Positions 29,844 through 41,875 of a stretch of 64,000 nt of DNA are shown here, in pieces. The notes beneath the pieces were generated by a model that saw only the letters and a list, made by a program, of their open reading frames with translations, made no database searches and was not told the DNA's origin. A program made the position numbers and the translations under genes. Source of the DNA: Alphaproteobacteria bacterium (GTDB taxonomy: Bacteria; Pseudomonadota; Alphaproteobacteria; UBA828); assembly GCA_965237415.1 (NCBI GenBank), contig CBDEFM010000002.1:1888001-1952000 (forward strand). The letters are read 5' to 3'. Position 1 is the stretch's first letter. Every line of letters starts with the position of its first letter.

Positions 29844-32800
29844 ATGCCAAGGCGCACCGACATCGGCTCGATCATGGTGATCGGGGCCGGCCCCATCGTG
29901 ATCGGCCAGGCCTGCGAGTTCGACTATTCGGGCACGCAAGCCTGCAAGGCGCTCAAGGACGAAGGCTACCGGGTCGTCCTGGTGAACTCGAACCCGGCGA
30001 CGATCATGACCGATCCCGAGTTCGCCGATGCAACCTATATCGAGCCGATCACGCCCGACATCGTGGGGCAGATCGTCGCTGCCGAGAAGCCGGACGCCCT
30101 GCTGCCGACCATGGGCGGGCAGACCGCGCTGAACACGGCGCTGGCACTCGCCGACGACGGCACCCTCGCGCGCCATGGCGTGGACCTGATCGGCGCGTCG
30201 CGGGTCGCCATCGAGGTCGCGGAGGACCGCGAGGCTTTCCGCGAGGCGATGAAGGAGATCGGCCTGGAATGCCCGAAGAGCCGCATCGCGCGCTCGCTCG
30301 ACGAGGCCCGCCAGGCGCTCGATCTGGTGGGATTACCGACCATCATCCGGCCCTCCTACACGCTCGGCGGCACCGGCGGCGGGATCGCCTACAACCGTGC
30401 CGAGTTCGCCGAGCTTGCGGCTGCCGGCATCGCCGCCTCGCCTGCCGGCGAAATCCTGGTCGAGGAATCGGTCCTCGGCTGGAAAGAGTTCGAGATGGAG
30501 GTCGTGCGCGACAAGGCGGACAACGCCATCGTCGTCTGCTCCATCGAGAACCTCGACCCGATGGGCATCCATACCGGCGATTCGATCACCGTAGCGCCGG
30601 CGCTCACGCTCACCGACAAGGAGTATCAGTTGATGCGCAACGCCGCCATCGCGGTGCTGCGCAAGGTCGGCGTCGAGACCGGCGGCTCCAACGTCCAGTT
30701 CGCCGTCGATCCGGCCACCGGCCGGCTGCTGGTGATCGAGATGAACCCGCGGGTCTCGCGCTCGTCGGCCCTCGCCTCCAAGGCGACCGGGTTCCCCATC
30801 GCCAAGGTCGCGGCCAAGCTCGCGGTCGGCTACACCCTCGACGAGATCGCGAACGACATTACTGGCGTCACGCCCGCCTCCTTCGAGCCCGCCATCGACT
30901 ATGTGGTGACCAAGGTCCCGCGCTTCGCGTTCGAGAAGTTCCCCGGCGCCGAGCCCCTGCTCACCACCTCGATGAAGTCGGTCGGCGAGGCCATGGCGAT
31001 CGGACGCACCTTCTGCGAATCGCTGCAGAAGGCGCTGCGCTCCATGGAGACCGGGCTCACCGGCCTCGACGAGATCGACTTTCCCGGCGCCGAAGAAGGC
31101 GACGACGAGGCGATCCTGGCCGCGCTCGGCCAGCCGAGGCCCGATCGCCTGCTCATGATCGCGGAAGCGCTGAGGCGCGGCGTTACCATCGAGGCGGTCC
31201 ACCGGGCCTGCGCCGTCGATCCCTGGTTCCTGCGCGAGATCGAGGTGATCGTCCGGGCCGAGGCGGAGGTCCGCGCGAACGGACTGCCGGGCGACGTGCA
31301 CGCCCTGCGCCGGCTGAAGGCTTTGGGTTTCGGCGACCGAAGGCTCGCCACCCTCGCGGACACCGACGAAGCGGCGGTCGCGGCGAAACGCGCCGCGCTC
31401 GGCGTCCACCCGGTGTTCAAGCGGATCGACACCTGCGCGGCCGAGTTCGAATCGCGCACGCCCTACATGTATTCCTGCTACGAGACCGCGAGCGGCGACG
31501 CGCTGCCGGAATGCGAGGCGGAGCCCAGTGACCGGCGCAAGGTCGTCATCCTGGGCGGCGGGCCGAATCGGATCGGCCAGGGCATCGAGTTCGACTATTG
31601 CTGCGTCCACGCGGCCTACGCGCTCAAGGACGCGGGCTTCGAGACCATCATGGTCAACTGCAACCCGGAGACCGTCTCCACCGACTACGACACCTCCGAC
31701 CGGCTCTATTTCGAGCCGCTCACCATCGAGACCGTGCTCGACATCGTCCGCGTCGAGCAGAGCACAGGCGAATTGGTTGGCCTCAACATCCAGTTCGGCG
31801 GGCAGACGCCGCTCAGGCTTGCCAAGGCGCTGGAGGCGGCTGGGGTGCCCATCCTCGGTACGGCGCCCGATGCGATCGACCTGGCCGAGGACCGGGACCG
31901 TTTCCGGACCTTGCTGAGAGACCTGGGACTCAGACAGCCCGAGAACGAGACCTGCACCTCCAGCGCAGAGGCGCGCGCCATCGCCGAGCGCATCGGCTAC
32001 CCCGTCGTGGTCCGCCCCTCCTACGTGCTCGGCGGGCGCGCCATGGAGATCGTCAACGACAGCGAAGGGCTCAATCGTTACATGCGCGACGCCGCCGAGG
32101 CCTTCGGCGACGGCCCGATCCTGCTCGATCGCTACCTCAAGGACGCAATCGAGGTCGACGTCGATGCGCTCGCCGACGGTGAGAACGTGGCCGTTGCCGG
32201 AATCCTGGAGCACATCGAGGAGGCAGGCATCCACTCGGGCGATTCGGCCTGCGCGTTGCCGCCGCATTCGCTGGACGAAGAGACCGTGGACGAGATCCGC
32301 CGCCAGACCATTGCGCTGGCCCGCGCGCTCGACGTCTGCGGCCTGATGAACGTGCAATACGCCGTGCAAGCCGGCACCGTCTATGTGCTGGAGGTCAACC
32401 CGCGGGCGAGCCGCACCGTGCCCTTCGTCGCCAAGAGCATCGGCGCCCCCATCGCGAAGCTCGCGGCGCTCGCGATGGCAGGCGAGCGACTGCCCGAGGC
32501 GATCCTGAACGGCGGCGCGGCGCCTCAGCATGTCGCGGTCAAGGAGGCGGTCTTCCCCTTTGCCCGCTTCCCCGGCGTGGACACGGTGCTGGGGCCGGAG
32601 ATGAAGTCCACCGGCGAGGTCATGGGCATTGACCGCGACTTCGGCAGCGCCTTCGCCAAGGCGCAGATCGGCGCCGGCATGCACCTGCCGGTCTCGGGCC
32701 GGGCCTTCGTCTCGGTGCGGGACGACGACAAGCCCGCCGCCGTGGCGATCGCCCGCAGCCTGGCCGAGCTCGGGTTCGATCTCGTCGCCACCAGCGGCAC

Positions 32801-33119
32801 CCGCAGGGCGCTGGCGGAGGCCGGGATCGACGCTGCGCACGTCAACAGGGTGCAGCAGGGCCGCCCGCACATCGTCGATGCCATCAAGGACGGCACCATC
32901 CAGCTCGTGGTCAACACCACGGAGGGCGCGCAGGAACGGCTGGCGAGCTATCGCCTGCGCCGCGCCGCGCTCGAACATCAGGTCCCCTACTTCACGACGC
33001 TCTCGGGCAGCCGCGCCATGATCCGCGGCGTCGAGGCGCTGAAGGGCGGCAGCCTTGATGTCGCCCCCCTCCAGTCCTATTCTCGGTCCAATCAGAACGT
33101 CGGCGGGAAACGCCGATAA
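29844..33119 (+). CDS. carB: Carbamoyl-phosphate synthase large subunit
   Basis: [25 protein letters not shown], two ATP-grasp domains, MGS domain. Confidence 0.98.
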   Translation: MPRRTDIGSIMVIGAGPIVIGQACEFDYSGTQACKALKDEGYRVVLVNSNPATIMTDPEFADATYIEPITPDIVGQIVAAEKPDALLPTMGGQTALNTALALADDGTLARHGVDLIGASRVAIEVAEDREAFREAMKEIGLECPKSRIARSLDEARQALDLVGLPTIIRPSYTLGGTGGGIAYNRAEFAELAAAGIAASPAGEILVEESVLGWKEFEMEVVRDKADNAIVVCSIENLDPMGIHTGDSITVAPALTLTDKEYQLMRNAAIAVLRKVGVETGGSNVQFAVDPATGRLLVIEMNPRVSRSSALASKATGFPIAKVAAKLAVGYTLDEIANDITGVTPASFEPAIDYVVTKVPRFAFEKFPGAEPLLTTSMKSVGEAMAIGRTFCESLQKALRSMETGLTGLDEIDFPGAEEGDDEAILAALGQPRPDRLLMIAEALRRGVTIEAVHRACAVDPWFLREIEVIVRAEAEVRANGLPGDVHALRRLKALGFGDRRLATLADTDEAAVAAKRAALGVHPVFKRIDTCAAEFESRTPYMYSCYETASGDALPECEAEPSDRRKVVILGGGPNRIGQGIEFDYCCVHAAYALKDAGFETIMVNCNPETVSTDYDTSDRLYFEPLTIETVLDIVRVEQSTGELVGLNIQFGGQTPLRLAKALEAAGVPILGTAPDAIDLAEDRDRFRTLLRDLGLRQPENETCTSSAEARAIAERIGYPVVVRPSYVLGGRAMEIVNDSEGLNRYMRDAAEAFGDGPILLDRYLKDAIEVDVDALADGENVAVAGILEHIEEAGIHSGDSACALPPHSLDEETVDEIRRQTIALARALDVCGLMNVQYAVQAGTVYVLEVNPRASRTVPFVAKSIGAPIAKLAALAMAGERLPEAILNGGAAPQHVAVKEAVFPFARFPGVDTVLGPEMKSTGEVMGIDRDFGSAFAKAQIGAGMHLPVSGRAFVSVRDDDKPAAVAIARSLAELGFDLVATSGTRRALAEAGIDAAHVNRVQQGRPHIVDAIKDGTIQLVVNTTEGAQERLASYRLRRAALEHQVPYFTTLSGSRAMIRGVEALKGGSLDVAPLQSYSRSNQNVGGKRR

Positions 33120-33183
33120 GCGGAGATCATCGACAGGCTCGGGAGGGGACGCGCCCCGGCCGAGAGCGCGCGAAGGTCCGGCG

Positions 33184-33654
33184 ATGGACAGGCACTTGAT
33201 GACGCCCGAGGGGCACGAGCGCCTCAAGGGCGAGCTGCGCCGGCTCAAGGCCGAGAGGCCACGCATCGTGCGCGAGATCGCTGCCGCCCGGGAGCACGGC
33301 GATCTCTCGGAGAACGCCGAGTACCACGCCGCGAAGGACCGCCAGGGCCTCACCGAGGCGCGCATCCTGGAGCTCGAAGCCAAGATCGGCGGCGCGGAGG
33401 TGATCGATACCAGCACGCTCTCCGGCGACCGGGTGCAATTCGGCGCGACGGTCTCCATCGTCGATGAAGACACCGAGGCCGAGAGCACCTATCAGATCGT
33501 CGGCGCCGACGAGGCCGACGCCAGCGATGGCCGGCTCTCCATCACCTCGCCGTTGGCGCGGGCGCTGGTCGGCAGGTCGATCGGCGATTCCGTGGAGCTC
33601 GAGGCTCCGGGCGGCCGCCACACCTACGAAATCACCGCCGTCCTGTACGGCTGA
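33184..33654 (+). CDS. greA: Transcription elongation factor GreA
   Basis: [24 protein letters not shown]; follows carB. Confidence 0.95.
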   Translation: MDRHLMTPEGHERLKGELRRLKAERPRIVREIAAAREHGDLSENAEYHAAKDRQGLTEARILELEAKIGGAEVIDTSTLSGDRVQFGATVSIVDEDTEAESTYQIVGADEADASDGRLSITSPLARALVGRSIGDSVELEAPGGRHTYEITAVLYG

Positions 33655-33667
33655 TTCTGTATATTCC

Positions 33668-34663
33668 TCAGGCGTTGACGTCGACGACGACGCGGCCGCG
33701 CACGCCGCCGTCGAGGATGTCGTTGGCCCGTGCCACCACCTCATCGAGCGCCACCACCTCGGTCATCGCGTCGAGCGCATCGCGCGGCAGATCGCGCGCG
33801 AGCCGCTGCCAGGCCTCCCGGCGCGGCGCGGCCGGGCACATGACGGAATCGATGCCGATCAGGCTCACGCCCCGCAGGATGAAGGGCAAGACCGTGGTCT
33901 TGAGGCCGGGGCCGCCGGCGAGGCCGCAGGCCGCGACCGCGCCGCCGTAGCGGGTCTCGGCCAGGACGTGGGCCAGCATCGCGCCCCCCACCGAGTCGAC
34001 GGCGCCGGCCCAGTGCTCGGAGAGCAACGGCTTGTCAGGCGCTTCCGCCCGCTTGCCGCGGGGCAGCACCTCGCTCGCACCGAGGCCCGTGAGATAGTCG
34101 CGGCATTCGGGCCGGCCGGAGATGGCGACGGTCTCGTAGCCGAGGCGGGCGAGGAGCGCGACGGAAACGCTGCCCACGCCGCCCGCAGCACCGGTGACCG
34201 CGACAGGGCCCGCGCCCGCGGCGACGCCGGCGCGCTCCAGCGCGATGACGCAGAGCATCGCCGTGAAGCCTGCCGTGCCGATGGCCATCGCCCACTTCGT
34301 ATCGCAGCCTTCGGGCAACGGCTGCAGCATGCGCGCCGGCACCCGCGCCCGTTGGGCGAAGCCGCCCGGGTGCCGCTCGCCGACTCCCCAGCCGGTGAGC
34401 ACCACGGCCTGACCCGGCGCGAAGTCCGGCGACTCGCTACGCTCCACGGTGCCGGCGAAATCGATCCCGGCGGTCATCGGGGGCTTTCTGATGATCGGCG
34501 CGCGCCCGGTCAGCGCCAGGCCGTCCTTGTAGTTGAGGCACGAATAATCGACCCGCACCGTGACCTCGCCCTCCGGCAGATCGGCCTCGGTGAGTGTCCT
34601 GATGTCGGCCGCGACCCCGTCCTCTCGCCGATCGACGACGAGTGCTCTGTAACCGTCAGTCAT
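33668..34663 (-). CDS. acuI: YhdH/AcuI family MDR oxidoreductase (putative acryloyl-CoA reductase)
   Basis: LNYKDGLA, AMAIGTAGFTAMLC, TGAAGGVGS, PFILRGVSL.GIDSV. Confidence 0.8.
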   Translation of the reverse strand: MTDGYRALVVDRREDGVAADIRTLTEADLPEGEVTVRVDYSCLNYKDGLALTGRAPIIRKPPMTAGIDFAGTVERSESPDFAPGQAVVLTGWGVGERHPGGFAQRARVPARMLQPLPEGCDTKWAMAIGTAGFTAMLCVIALERAGVAAGAGPVAVTGAAGGVGSVSVALLARLGYETVAISGRPECRDYLTGLGASEVLPRGKRAEAPDKPLLSEHWAGAVDSVGGAMLAHVLAETRYGGAVAACGLAGGPGLKTTVLPFILRGVSLIGIDSVMCPAAPRREAWQRLARDLPRDALDAMTEVVALDEVVARANDILDGGVRGRVVVDVNA

Positions 34664-34816
34664 TGCGCTTCCCGCCCCATTCTCAAGAACCTCGTCTCAT
34701 ATCCGCCTGAACCCAGTCAGGCAACCGTTGCGGGGATGCCACTCGTCTTGACAGGCGAAGCGCCGCGGCTAGAGTGCCGCGACCTCGGGGGAAACTAGGG
34801 ATTTAACGCCGCCGCC

Positions 34817-36757
34817 ATGCCGACACTCTCGTTGCCGGACGGCGCGGCGCGCTCGTTCGACGCCCCCGTGACCGGCGCCGCCCTCGCGGCGTCCATCGGC
34901 CCCGGACTCGCCAAGGCGGCGCTCCTTGTCGAGGTCGATGGCGAGCTGCGCGATCTCTCCCGGCCGATCGAAGTCGACGCGGCCGTGCGTGTGATCACTG
35001 CACGCGATGAGGACGCGCTCGAGGTCCTGCGCCACGACACCGCGCACCTCCTGGCGGAGGCGGTCAAGGAGCTCTACCCCGACGTCCAGGTGACCATCGG
35101 CCCCGCCATCGAGGACGGCTTCTATTACGACTTCGCCCGCGACGAGCCCTTCACGCCCGCCGATCTCGAAAAGATCGAGGCGCGCATGGCCGAGATCAGG
35201 GCGCGCGACGAGACAGTCGAGCGCGAGGTGTGGACGCGCGACGACGCGGTCTCGCTGTTCGAGGGCATGGGCGAGCATTACAAGGCGGAGCTCATCGGGG
35301 CGATCCCGGCCGGCGAGCCTATCACGCTCTATCGGCAGGGCGGTTTCGTCGACCTCTGCCGTGGCCCCCACCTGCCGTCGACCGGCAGGGTCGGCGCCTT
35401 CAAGCTCCTCAAGGTCGCCGGCGCCTACTGGCGGGGCGACGCGCGGAACGAGATGCTCCAGCGCATCTACGGCACCGCCTGGCCGGACCAGAAGCAGCTC
35501 AAGGCTTATCTGCACCGGCTTGAGGAAGCCGAGAAGCGCGACCATCGGCGCCTCGGGCGCGAGATGGAGCTCTTCCACTTCCAGGAAGAGGCGCCGGGCG
35601 CGGCGTTCTGGCACCCGAAGGGATGGACCCTCTTCCGCGCGCTCGTCGACTACATGCGAGCGCGGCAGGATGCCGCCGGCTACGACGAGGTCAGCACGCC
35701 CGACATGATGGACAGCGTGCTCTGGGAGGCATCGGGCCATTGGCAGACCTTCCGCGAGCACATGTTCACCTCGCAGACCGAGGACGGCCGGCATTACGCG
35801 ATCAAGCCGATGAATTGCCCCGGCCACGTGCAGGTCTTCAAGCGCGGCATAAAGAGCTACCGCGACCTGCCGCTCAGAATCTCCGAGTTCGGCAAGGTCC
35901 ACCGCTACGAGCCGTCGGGCGCGCTGCATGGCCTGCTCCGGGTGCGCGCCTTCAGCCAGGACGACGCCCACATCTTCTGCACGCCTGAGCAGACCGAGGC
36001 GGAGTGCCGAGGCGTGACCGAGCTTTGTCTCGACGTCTACCGCGACTTCGGCTTCGAGGACGTGCAGATCAAGTTCGCCGACCGGCCGCCCAAGCGCATC
36101 GGCGCCGACGAGGTTTGGGACCAGCTGGAGGCGGCGCTCAAGGGCGCGTTGGAGAGCATGGGGATCGACTACAGCCACAATCCCGGCGAAGGCGCGTTCT
36201 ACGGGCCGAAGCTCGAGTTCGTGCTGCGCGACGCCATCGGGCGCGAGTGGCAGTGCGGCACGCTCCAGGTCGACCTCAACCTGCCGGAGCGCCTCGACGC
36301 AGGCTATATCGGCGAGGACGGCGTGCGGCACCGGCCTGTGATGCTGCACCGGGCGCTGTTCGGCTCGCTCGAGCGCTTCATCGGCATCCTGCTGGAACAT
36401 TACGGCGGCCACTTGCCGCTCTGGCTCTCGCCCACCCATGCCGTGGTAGCAACCATTACCGACCAGTCCATCGACTACGCAAAGACGGTGACCCGGCGGC
36501 TGCAGGGCGCCGGGCTTCGCGTCGATGCCGACCTCCGCAACGAGAAGATCGGCTACAAGGTGCGCGAGCACAGCGCGGCCAAGATCCCGCTGATCCTCGC
36601 CGTCGGCGCGCGGGAGGCCGAGCAGGGCACCGTCTCGGTGCGGCGGCTCGGATCCAGGGATCAAGAAATTCTTGCGCTGGACGAGGCCGTCACTACACTT
36701 TGCCGGCAAGCGGCCGGACCGCTCAGTCGGCGGGCCGCTCAGGAGGGAACGGGTTGA
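34817..36757 (+). CDS. thrS: Threonyl-tRNA synthetase
   Basis: TGS domain, [21 protein letters not shown]. Confidence 0.98.
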   Translation: MPTLSLPDGAARSFDAPVTGAALAASIGPGLAKAALLVEVDGELRDLSRPIEVDAAVRVITARDEDALEVLRHDTAHLLAEAVKELYPDVQVTIGPAIEDGFYYDFARDEPFTPADLEKIEARMAEIRARDETVEREVWTRDDAVSLFEGMGEHYKAELIGAIPAGEPITLYRQGGFVDLCRGPHLPSTGRVGAFKLLKVAGAYWRGDARNEMLQRIYGTAWPDQKQLKAYLHRLEEAEKRDHRRLGREMELFHFQEEAPGAAFWHPKGWTLFRALVDYMRARQDAAGYDEVSTPDMMDSVLWEASGHWQTFREHMFTSQTEDGRHYAIKPMNCPGHVQVFKRGIKSYRDLPLRISEFGKVHRYEPSGALHGLLRVRAFSQDDAHIFCTPEQTEAECRGVTELCLDVYRDFGFEDVQIKFADRPPKRIGADEVWDQLEAALKGALESMGIDYSHNPGEGAFYGPKLEFVLRDAIGREWQCGTLQVDLNLPERLDAGYIGEDGVRHRPVMLHRALFGSLERFIGILLEHYGGHLPLWLSPTHAVVATITDQSIDYAKTVTRRLQGAGLRVDADLRNEKIGYKVREHSAAKIPLILAVGAREAEQGTVSVRRLGSRDQEILALDEAVTTLCRQAAGPLSRRAAQEGTG

Positions 36758-36824
36758 CGAAGCGCCACACCGTCCATGACGATGCCGTCGGCCCGACAAG
36801 CGCCACGATGAAGGGAGGCGGAGA

Positions 36825-37361
36825 ATAGCGAGACATCCGGTCGCGACACCACCGACGCGTGAAGGACCGCGCGTCAATGATGATATTCAGGTGGCAAATG
36901 TCCGCCTCATCGATCAAAACGGAGGGCAGGTCGGCGTCGTCGCCGTTGAGCGTGCGTTGGAGCTCGCGGACGAGGTCGGGCTCGACCTGGTCGAGGTTGC
37001 ACCGGAGGCGGAGCCGCCGGTGTGCAAGCTCCTCGACTTCGGCAAGTACAAGTACGAGGCCCAGAAGAAGGCCAGCGAAGCCCGCAAGAAGCAAAAGACG
37101 ATCGAAATCAAGGAGGTCAAGTTCCGGCCTGGCATCAATGAGGCTGACTACGAGGTGAAGCTGCGCAACATCCGCCGGTTCCTCGACGAGGGCGACAAGG
37201 TCAAGGTGACCATGCGCTTCCGGGGACGCGAGATGGTGCACCAGAACATCGGCATGAACGTGCTCGCACGCGTGCGCGATGACCTCGGCGAGCTGGCGAA
37301 GGTCGAGCAGATGCCGAAGATGGAGGGCCGCCAGATGACCATGGTGATGGCCCGCAAGTAA
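36825..37361 (+). CDS. infC: Translation initiation factor IF-3 with ATA start codon
   Basis: GGAGG at 36814, ATA at 36825 in frame with [27 protein letters not shown]. Confidence 0.93.
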   Translation: MARHPVATPPTREGPRVNDDIQVANVRLIDQNGGQVGVVAVERALELADEVGLDLVEVAPEAEPPVCKLLDFGKYKYEAQKKASEARKKQKTIEIKEVKFRPGINEADYEVKLRNIRRFLDEGDKVKVTMRFRGREMVHQNIGMNVLARVRDDLGELAKVEQMPKMEGRQMTMVMARK

Positions 37362-37385
37362 CCCCCGGGCGCCGCCCGAACGACA

Positions 37386-37566
37386 CCCACCTCTCCCTGT
37401 CCCTCTCCCCCTGAGGGGCGGAGAGGGGACGCAGGCGGCGATTGCGGAGGGTCCCCCTCTCCGCCCCCGAGCGCCGTAAGGCGCGAATGCCAAGCTCGCG
37501 GAGCGAGCGCCCGGCGCTTGAGGGAAATGAATTGCGCGGCGGAGAGGGCCGGGACGAGGTAGGGGG
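37386..37566. repeat. Inverted pair of CCCTCTCC...GGAGAGGG palindromic repeats; right unit interrupted by an insert
   Basis: Left unit 37386-37430; its reverse complement occurs split at 37451-37468 and 37538-37566. Confidence 0.75.
37471..37531 (+). repeat. Multi-hairpin interspersed element, copy A
   Basis: 46/54 identical by hand alignment to 53598-53650. Confidence 0.75.
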
Positions 37567-37729
37567 TGCGCGCTGCCGCCGGCGACGATGAGACAATCCC
37601 GTGCCAACGCCAAAAGCCGGGAACAGTATTTCAAAGCAAGACACGACCCGCCCTTGAATCCTGCCGGCACAGCGAGTACAACGGCGCGCGCCCGGCACCC
37701 CCTTGTCCATCGAGAAACGCGAGACGCTT

Positions 37730-37927
37730 ATGTCCAAGCTCAAGTCCAAGAGCAGCGCCAAGAAGCGGTTCTCCGCCACGGGGCGCGGCAAGCTCCGCCG
37801 GCGTGCAGCCTTCCACCGGCACAATCTGACCAAGCGCACGAAGAAGGTGAAGCGCAACCAGCGCGGATCGCAGACGCTCTCCGCGTCGGATGCGGCGATC
37901 GTGCGGCCGTTCCTGCCCTATCTCTGA
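37730..37927 (+). CDS. rpmI: 50S ribosomal protein L35
   Basis: [21 protein letters not shown]. Confidence 0.95.
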   Translation: MSKLKSKSSAKKRFSATGRGKLRRRAAFHRHNLTKRTKKVKRNQRGSQTLSASDAAIVRPFLPYL

Positions 37928-37946
37928 GCGCGGCGGAGGACTCCTC

Positions 37947-38312
37947 ATGGCACGGATAAAGCGGGGCGTGACCACCCATGCCCGGCACAAGAAGGTGCTG
38001 AAAATGGCCCGCGGCTATCGCGGTCGCGGCCATTCCAGCTACCGCGTGGCCCTCCGCCGGGTCGAGAAGGCGCTGCAATACGCCTATCGCGACCGCCGCA
38101 CCCGCAAGCGCCGGTTCCGCGCACTGTGGATTCAGAGGATCAACGCCGCGGCCCGCGAGCACGGGCTCACCTATTCCCAGCTCATGCACGGTCTCGCGCT
38201 CGCCAAGGTGGACATCGACCGCAAGGTCTTGGCCGACCTCGCCGTGCGCGAGCCGGCGGCGTTTGCGGCCGTCGTCGAGCAGGCGCGGAGCGCGCACGGC
38301 GCGACCGGCTGA
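37947..38312 (+). CDS. rplT: 50S ribosomal protein L20
   Basis: [35 protein letters not shown]. Confidence 0.97.
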   Translation: MARIKRGVTTHARHKKVLKMARGYRGRGHSSYRVALRRVEKALQYAYRDRRTRKRRFRALWIQRINAAAREHGLTYSQLMHGLALAKVDIDRKVLADLAVREPAAFAAVVEQARSAHGATG

Positions 38313-38355
38313 TCGGCCGCCGCGCCATCGGGGCTCGGCTGTCGGAGTAGGGTCC

Positions 38356-39432
38356 TTGGAAGACCTCCACGCCCTGGAAGAGCGGATGCTGGCCGGGATC
38401 GAGACGGCCGGCGACCTGCCCGCTTTGGAGCAGGCCCGCGTCGCGGCGCTCGGCAAGAAATCGCCGCTCACGCAAGCGATGAAGGGCCTCGGCGGGCTCG
38501 ATATCGACGCGCGCAAGGAGGCCGGCGCCCGGCTCAACCAGATCAAGCGCAGGCTCGCCGATGCCCTCGACGCGCGCCGCGCGGCACTGGAACGCACCGC
38601 CTTGGACCAGCGCCTTGCGACCGCGCGGGTGGATGTCACGCTGCCGCCCCGCCCCGAATGCGACGGCACCATTCACCCGATCAGCCAGGTGCTGGATGAG
38701 CTGATCGCGATTCTCGCCGACATGGGCTTCCGGGTCGTCGAAGGGCCCGACATCGAGGACGACTTCCATAATTTCACGGCGCTCAACATCCCGCCGGAGC
38801 ACCCGGCGCGCCAGATGCACGACACCTTCTATTTCGGCGCCGACGAGGGGGGAGAGCGTATGCTGCTCAGGACCCACACCTCGCCGGTGCAGATCAGGAC
38901 GATGCAGGCCGAGCCGCCGCCGCACCGGATCATCGCACCGGGCCGCACCTACCGCTGCGACTACGACATGACCCACACGCCCATGTTCCATCAGATCGAA
39001 GGGCTGGTGATCGACGAGAGCACCCATATGGGGCATCTCAAGGGCTGCCTGATCGATCTGGCGCGGGCGTTCTTCGAGGTGGAAGACCTGCCGGTGCGAT
39101 TCCGCCCGAGCTACTTCCCCTTCACCGAGCCGTCCGCCGAGATGGACATCGGCTGCTCGCGGGAGGGCGGAGGCCTGCGCATCGGCCACGGCGCCGACTG
39201 GATGGAGATCCTGGGCTGCGGCATGGTGCACCCGAAGGTGCTGGAGATCGTGGGGCTCGACCCCGCGCGCTACCAGGGCTTCGCCTTCGGCCTCGGAGTC
39301 GAGCGCCCGGCCATGCTGAAATACGGCATGCCCGACCTGCGCAGCTTCTTCGACGCCGACCTGCGCTGGCTGCGCCACTACGGCTTCGCGCCCTTCGACG
39401 TGCCGAGTCTGGCAGCGGGGCTGAGCGCGTGA
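38356..39432 (+). CDS. pheS: Phenylalanyl-tRNA synthetase alpha subunit (TTG start inferred)
   Basis: [34 protein letters not shown]. Confidence 0.96.
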   Translation: MEDLHALEERMLAGIETAGDLPALEQARVAALGKKSPLTQAMKGLGGLDIDARKEAGARLNQIKRRLADALDARRAALERTALDQRLATARVDVTLPPRPECDGTIHPISQVLDELIAILADMGFRVVEGPDIEDDFHNFTALNIPPEHPARQMHDTFYFGADEGGERMLLRTHTSPVQIRTMQAEPPPHRIIAPGRTYRCDYDMTHTPMFHQIEGLVIDESTHMGHLKGCLIDLARAFFEVEDLPVRFRPSYFPFTEPSAEMDIGCSREGGGLRIGHGADWMEILGCGMVHPKVLEIVGLDPARYQGFAFGLGVERPAMLKYGMPDLRSFFDADLRWLRHYGFAPFDVPSLAAGLSA

Positions 39433-41837
39433 AGTTCACTCTCTCCTGGCTGAAGACGCATCTGGAGACGGATGCCCCGCTCGACGCCATTGCGGCGAAG
39501 CTCACCGCGATCGGGCTCGAGGTGGAGGAGGTCCGCCGCCCGGGCGATGAGCTCGCGGCCTTCACCGTGGCCCACGTGGTCGAGGCGAAGCAGCATCCGA
39601 ACGCCGACAAGCTCAGGCTCTGCGTGGTCGATACGGGCACGGAGCAGGTCGAGGTGGTGTGCGGCGCGCCCAACGCGCGGACCGGCATGAAGGGCGTCTT
39701 CGCCCCGCCCGGCACCACCATCCCCGGCACCGGCGTGGTCCTCAAGAAGGCGAAGATCCGGGGCGTCGAGAGCTGCGGGATGCTCTGCTCCGAGCGCGAG
39801 ATGGGGCTGAGCGACGAGCACGAAGGGATCATCGAGCTCGACCCCGAGGCCCCGGTGGGCGCGCCCTTCGCCCAGTTCATGGGCCTGGACGACCCGCTGT
39901 TCGATATCGCGATCACGCCCAACCGCGCCGATTGCCTCGGCGTCTACGGCATCGCCCGCGATCTCGCGGCGGCCGGCCTCGGCAGCCTCAAAACCGCCGA
40001 GATCGAGCCTATCGCCGGCGCCTTCAAGAGCCCCATCGACGTAACGCTCGATTTCCCCGGCGACGGGCCGAGCCCGTGCCCGCTCTTCCTCGGCCGCTAC
40101 GTGCGGGGTGTGCGCAACTGCGAGAGCCCCCGCTGGCTCAAGGACCGGCTCACCTCGGTCGGTCTGCGGCCGATCTCCGCCCTGGTCGACCTCACCAACT
40201 TCCTGACCATCGACCGCAGCCGCCCGGTGCACGTCTTCGACGCCGGCAAGGTGAAGGGCGACATCTGGCTCAGGCTCGGCAAGGGCATCGCGGCATTCGC
40301 CGCGCTCAATGGCAAGGATTACGTGCTCGACGACACGATGACCGGGATCGGCGACGAGAGCGGCGTGATCAGCCTCGCCGGGGTCATGGGGGGCGAGCCC
40401 ACGGGATGCACGATGGAGACGACGGATGTCTTCATCGAGATCGCGCTCTTCGACCCCGTTCGCACGGCTGCGACCGGGCGCGCGTTCAACCTCGAGAGCG
40501 ACGCCCGCTATCGCTTCGAGCGCGGGGTCGATCCGGCGTTCGCGGGGCCCGGCATGGAGCTCATGACCCGCCTCGTCATCGAGATCTGCGGCGGCAAAGC
40601 GAGCGAGGTCGTGGTCGCCGGCGCGGAACCCGCGTGGCGGCGCGAGATCGCCTTTCGCCCCTCCAGGGTCAAGGCGCTCGGCGGTGTCGACAGCGAGCGC
40701 TCGGAATCCCTCGGCATCCTCTCGGCTCTGGGTTTCGCCTGTGAGGAGAAGGACGCCGACCTGGTCTCGGTCGAGCCGCCGCCCTGGCGCGGGGACATCG
40801 TTGGAGAGGCGGACCTTGTCGAGGAGGTGCTGCGGATCGCGGGTTTCGATCAAATCCCCGCCGTCTCCCTCACCCCAACGGCGAGCGAGAGGGCGCGGCC
40901 GGCGCTCTCCCCCGCGCGCCGCCGGCTCGGCGCCATGCGCCGCTCGCTCACGGCGCGCGGCATGTTCGAGGCGGTGACCTGGTCCTTCATGCCCCGACAA
41001 TACGCGGCGCTCTTCGGCGGTGCGCCGGACGAGCTGGTGCTGGCGAACCCGATCAATGCCGAGCTCGACGCCATGCGCCCTTCGATCCTGCCCAATCTCA
41101 TCGAGGCCTGCCGGCGCAACGCGGATCGCGGCCTCGCGGACGCGGCGCTGTTCGAGACGGGCCCGGTCTACACCGGGACCGGGCCGGACGACCAGCGGAC
41201 GATCGTCGCCGGGGTGCGGGCGCAGGCGGCGGCTTCGCGCAACTGGCACGGGGCGGAGCGGCCGGTGGACCCGTTCGACGCCAAGGCCGATGCCCTCGCC
41301 GCCCTCAGTGCGGCCGGCGTGTCGCTCGGCAGCCTCCAGACCAGGGCGGAAGGGCCTGAGTGGTACCACCCCGGCCGGGTCGGCACGCTTGCGCTCGGAC
41401 GCACGGCATTGGCCTGTTTCGGCGAGCTGCATCCCGGCGTCCTCGCCGCGCTCGGGGCCGAGGGGCCGATGGTGGGCTTCGAGGTGATGGTGGACGCGCT
41501 GCCCATGCCCAAGGCGAAGGCGACGCGCGCCAGGCCGGCGCTCGTTGCCTCCGACTATCCGGCGGCCGAGCGCGACTTCGCGTTCATCCTCGACAGTGGG
41601 GTCCCCGCAGCGGAGGTCGAGCGCGCCGCCCGCAATGCCGAGAAGGCGCTGATCAAGGCGGTCACGGTGTTCGATGTCTACGCCGGCCCCGGCATCGAGG
41701 CGGACAAGAAATCGCTCGCGATCGCGGTTCGGCTCGAAGCGCAGGATCGCACGTTGACCGATCCGGAAATCGACGCGGCGGCCGCGAAGATCGTCGCCAA
41801 CGTGGCGAAGATCACCGGCGGCGTGCTGCGCGGCTGA
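39429..41837 (+). CDS. pheT: Phenylalanyl-tRNA synthetase beta subunit
   Basis: [35 protein letters not shown]. Confidence 0.97.
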   Translation: MKFTLSWLKTHLETDAPLDAIAAKLTAIGLEVEEVRRPGDELAAFTVAHVVEAKQHPNADKLRLCVVDTGTEQVEVVCGAPNARTGMKGVFAPPGTTIPGTGVVLKKAKIRGVESCGMLCSEREMGLSDEHEGIIELDPEAPVGAPFAQFMGLDDPLFDIAITPNRADCLGVYGIARDLAAAGLGSLKTAEIEPIAGAFKSPIDVTLDFPGDGPSPCPLFLGRYVRGVRNCESPRWLKDRLTSVGLRPISALVDLTNFLTIDRSRPVHVFDAGKVKGDIWLRLGKGIAAFAALNGKDYVLDDTMTGIGDESGVISLAGVMGGEPTGCTMETTDVFIEIALFDPVRTAATGRAFNLESDARYRFERGVDPAFAGPGMELMTRLVIEICGGKASEVVVAGAEPAWRREIAFRPSRVKALGGVDSERSESLGILSALGFACEEKDADLVSVEPPPWRGDIVGEADLVEEVLRIAGFDQIPAVSLTPTASERARPALSPARRRLGAMRRSLTARGMFEAVTWSFMPRQYAALFGGAPDELVLANPINAELDAMRPSILPNLIEACRRNADRGLADAALFETGPVYTGTGPDDQRTIVAGVRAQAAASRNWHGAERPVDPFDAKADALAALSAAGVSLGSLQTRAEGPEWYHPGRVGTLALGRTALACFGELHPGVLAALGAEGPMVGFEVMVDALPMPKAKATRARPALVASDYPAAERDFAFILDSGVPAAEVERAARNAEKALIKAVTVFDVYAGPGIEADKKSLAIAVRLEAQDRTLTDPEIDAAAAKIVANVAKITGGVLRG

Positions 41838-41875
41838 CCGCGCTTGCGCTCGGGCAAAGGGTTCGGGCCGCTCCC

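Noticed and set aside
30333-33488. 1051-aa minus-strand ORF and the many other long overlapping ORFs (e.g. 39378-41891, 50644-53376, 23812-25938, 13349-15544)
   Set aside because: Antisense or off-frame shadows of well-supported genes, expected at high GC; Arg/Ala/Gly-rich with no motifs
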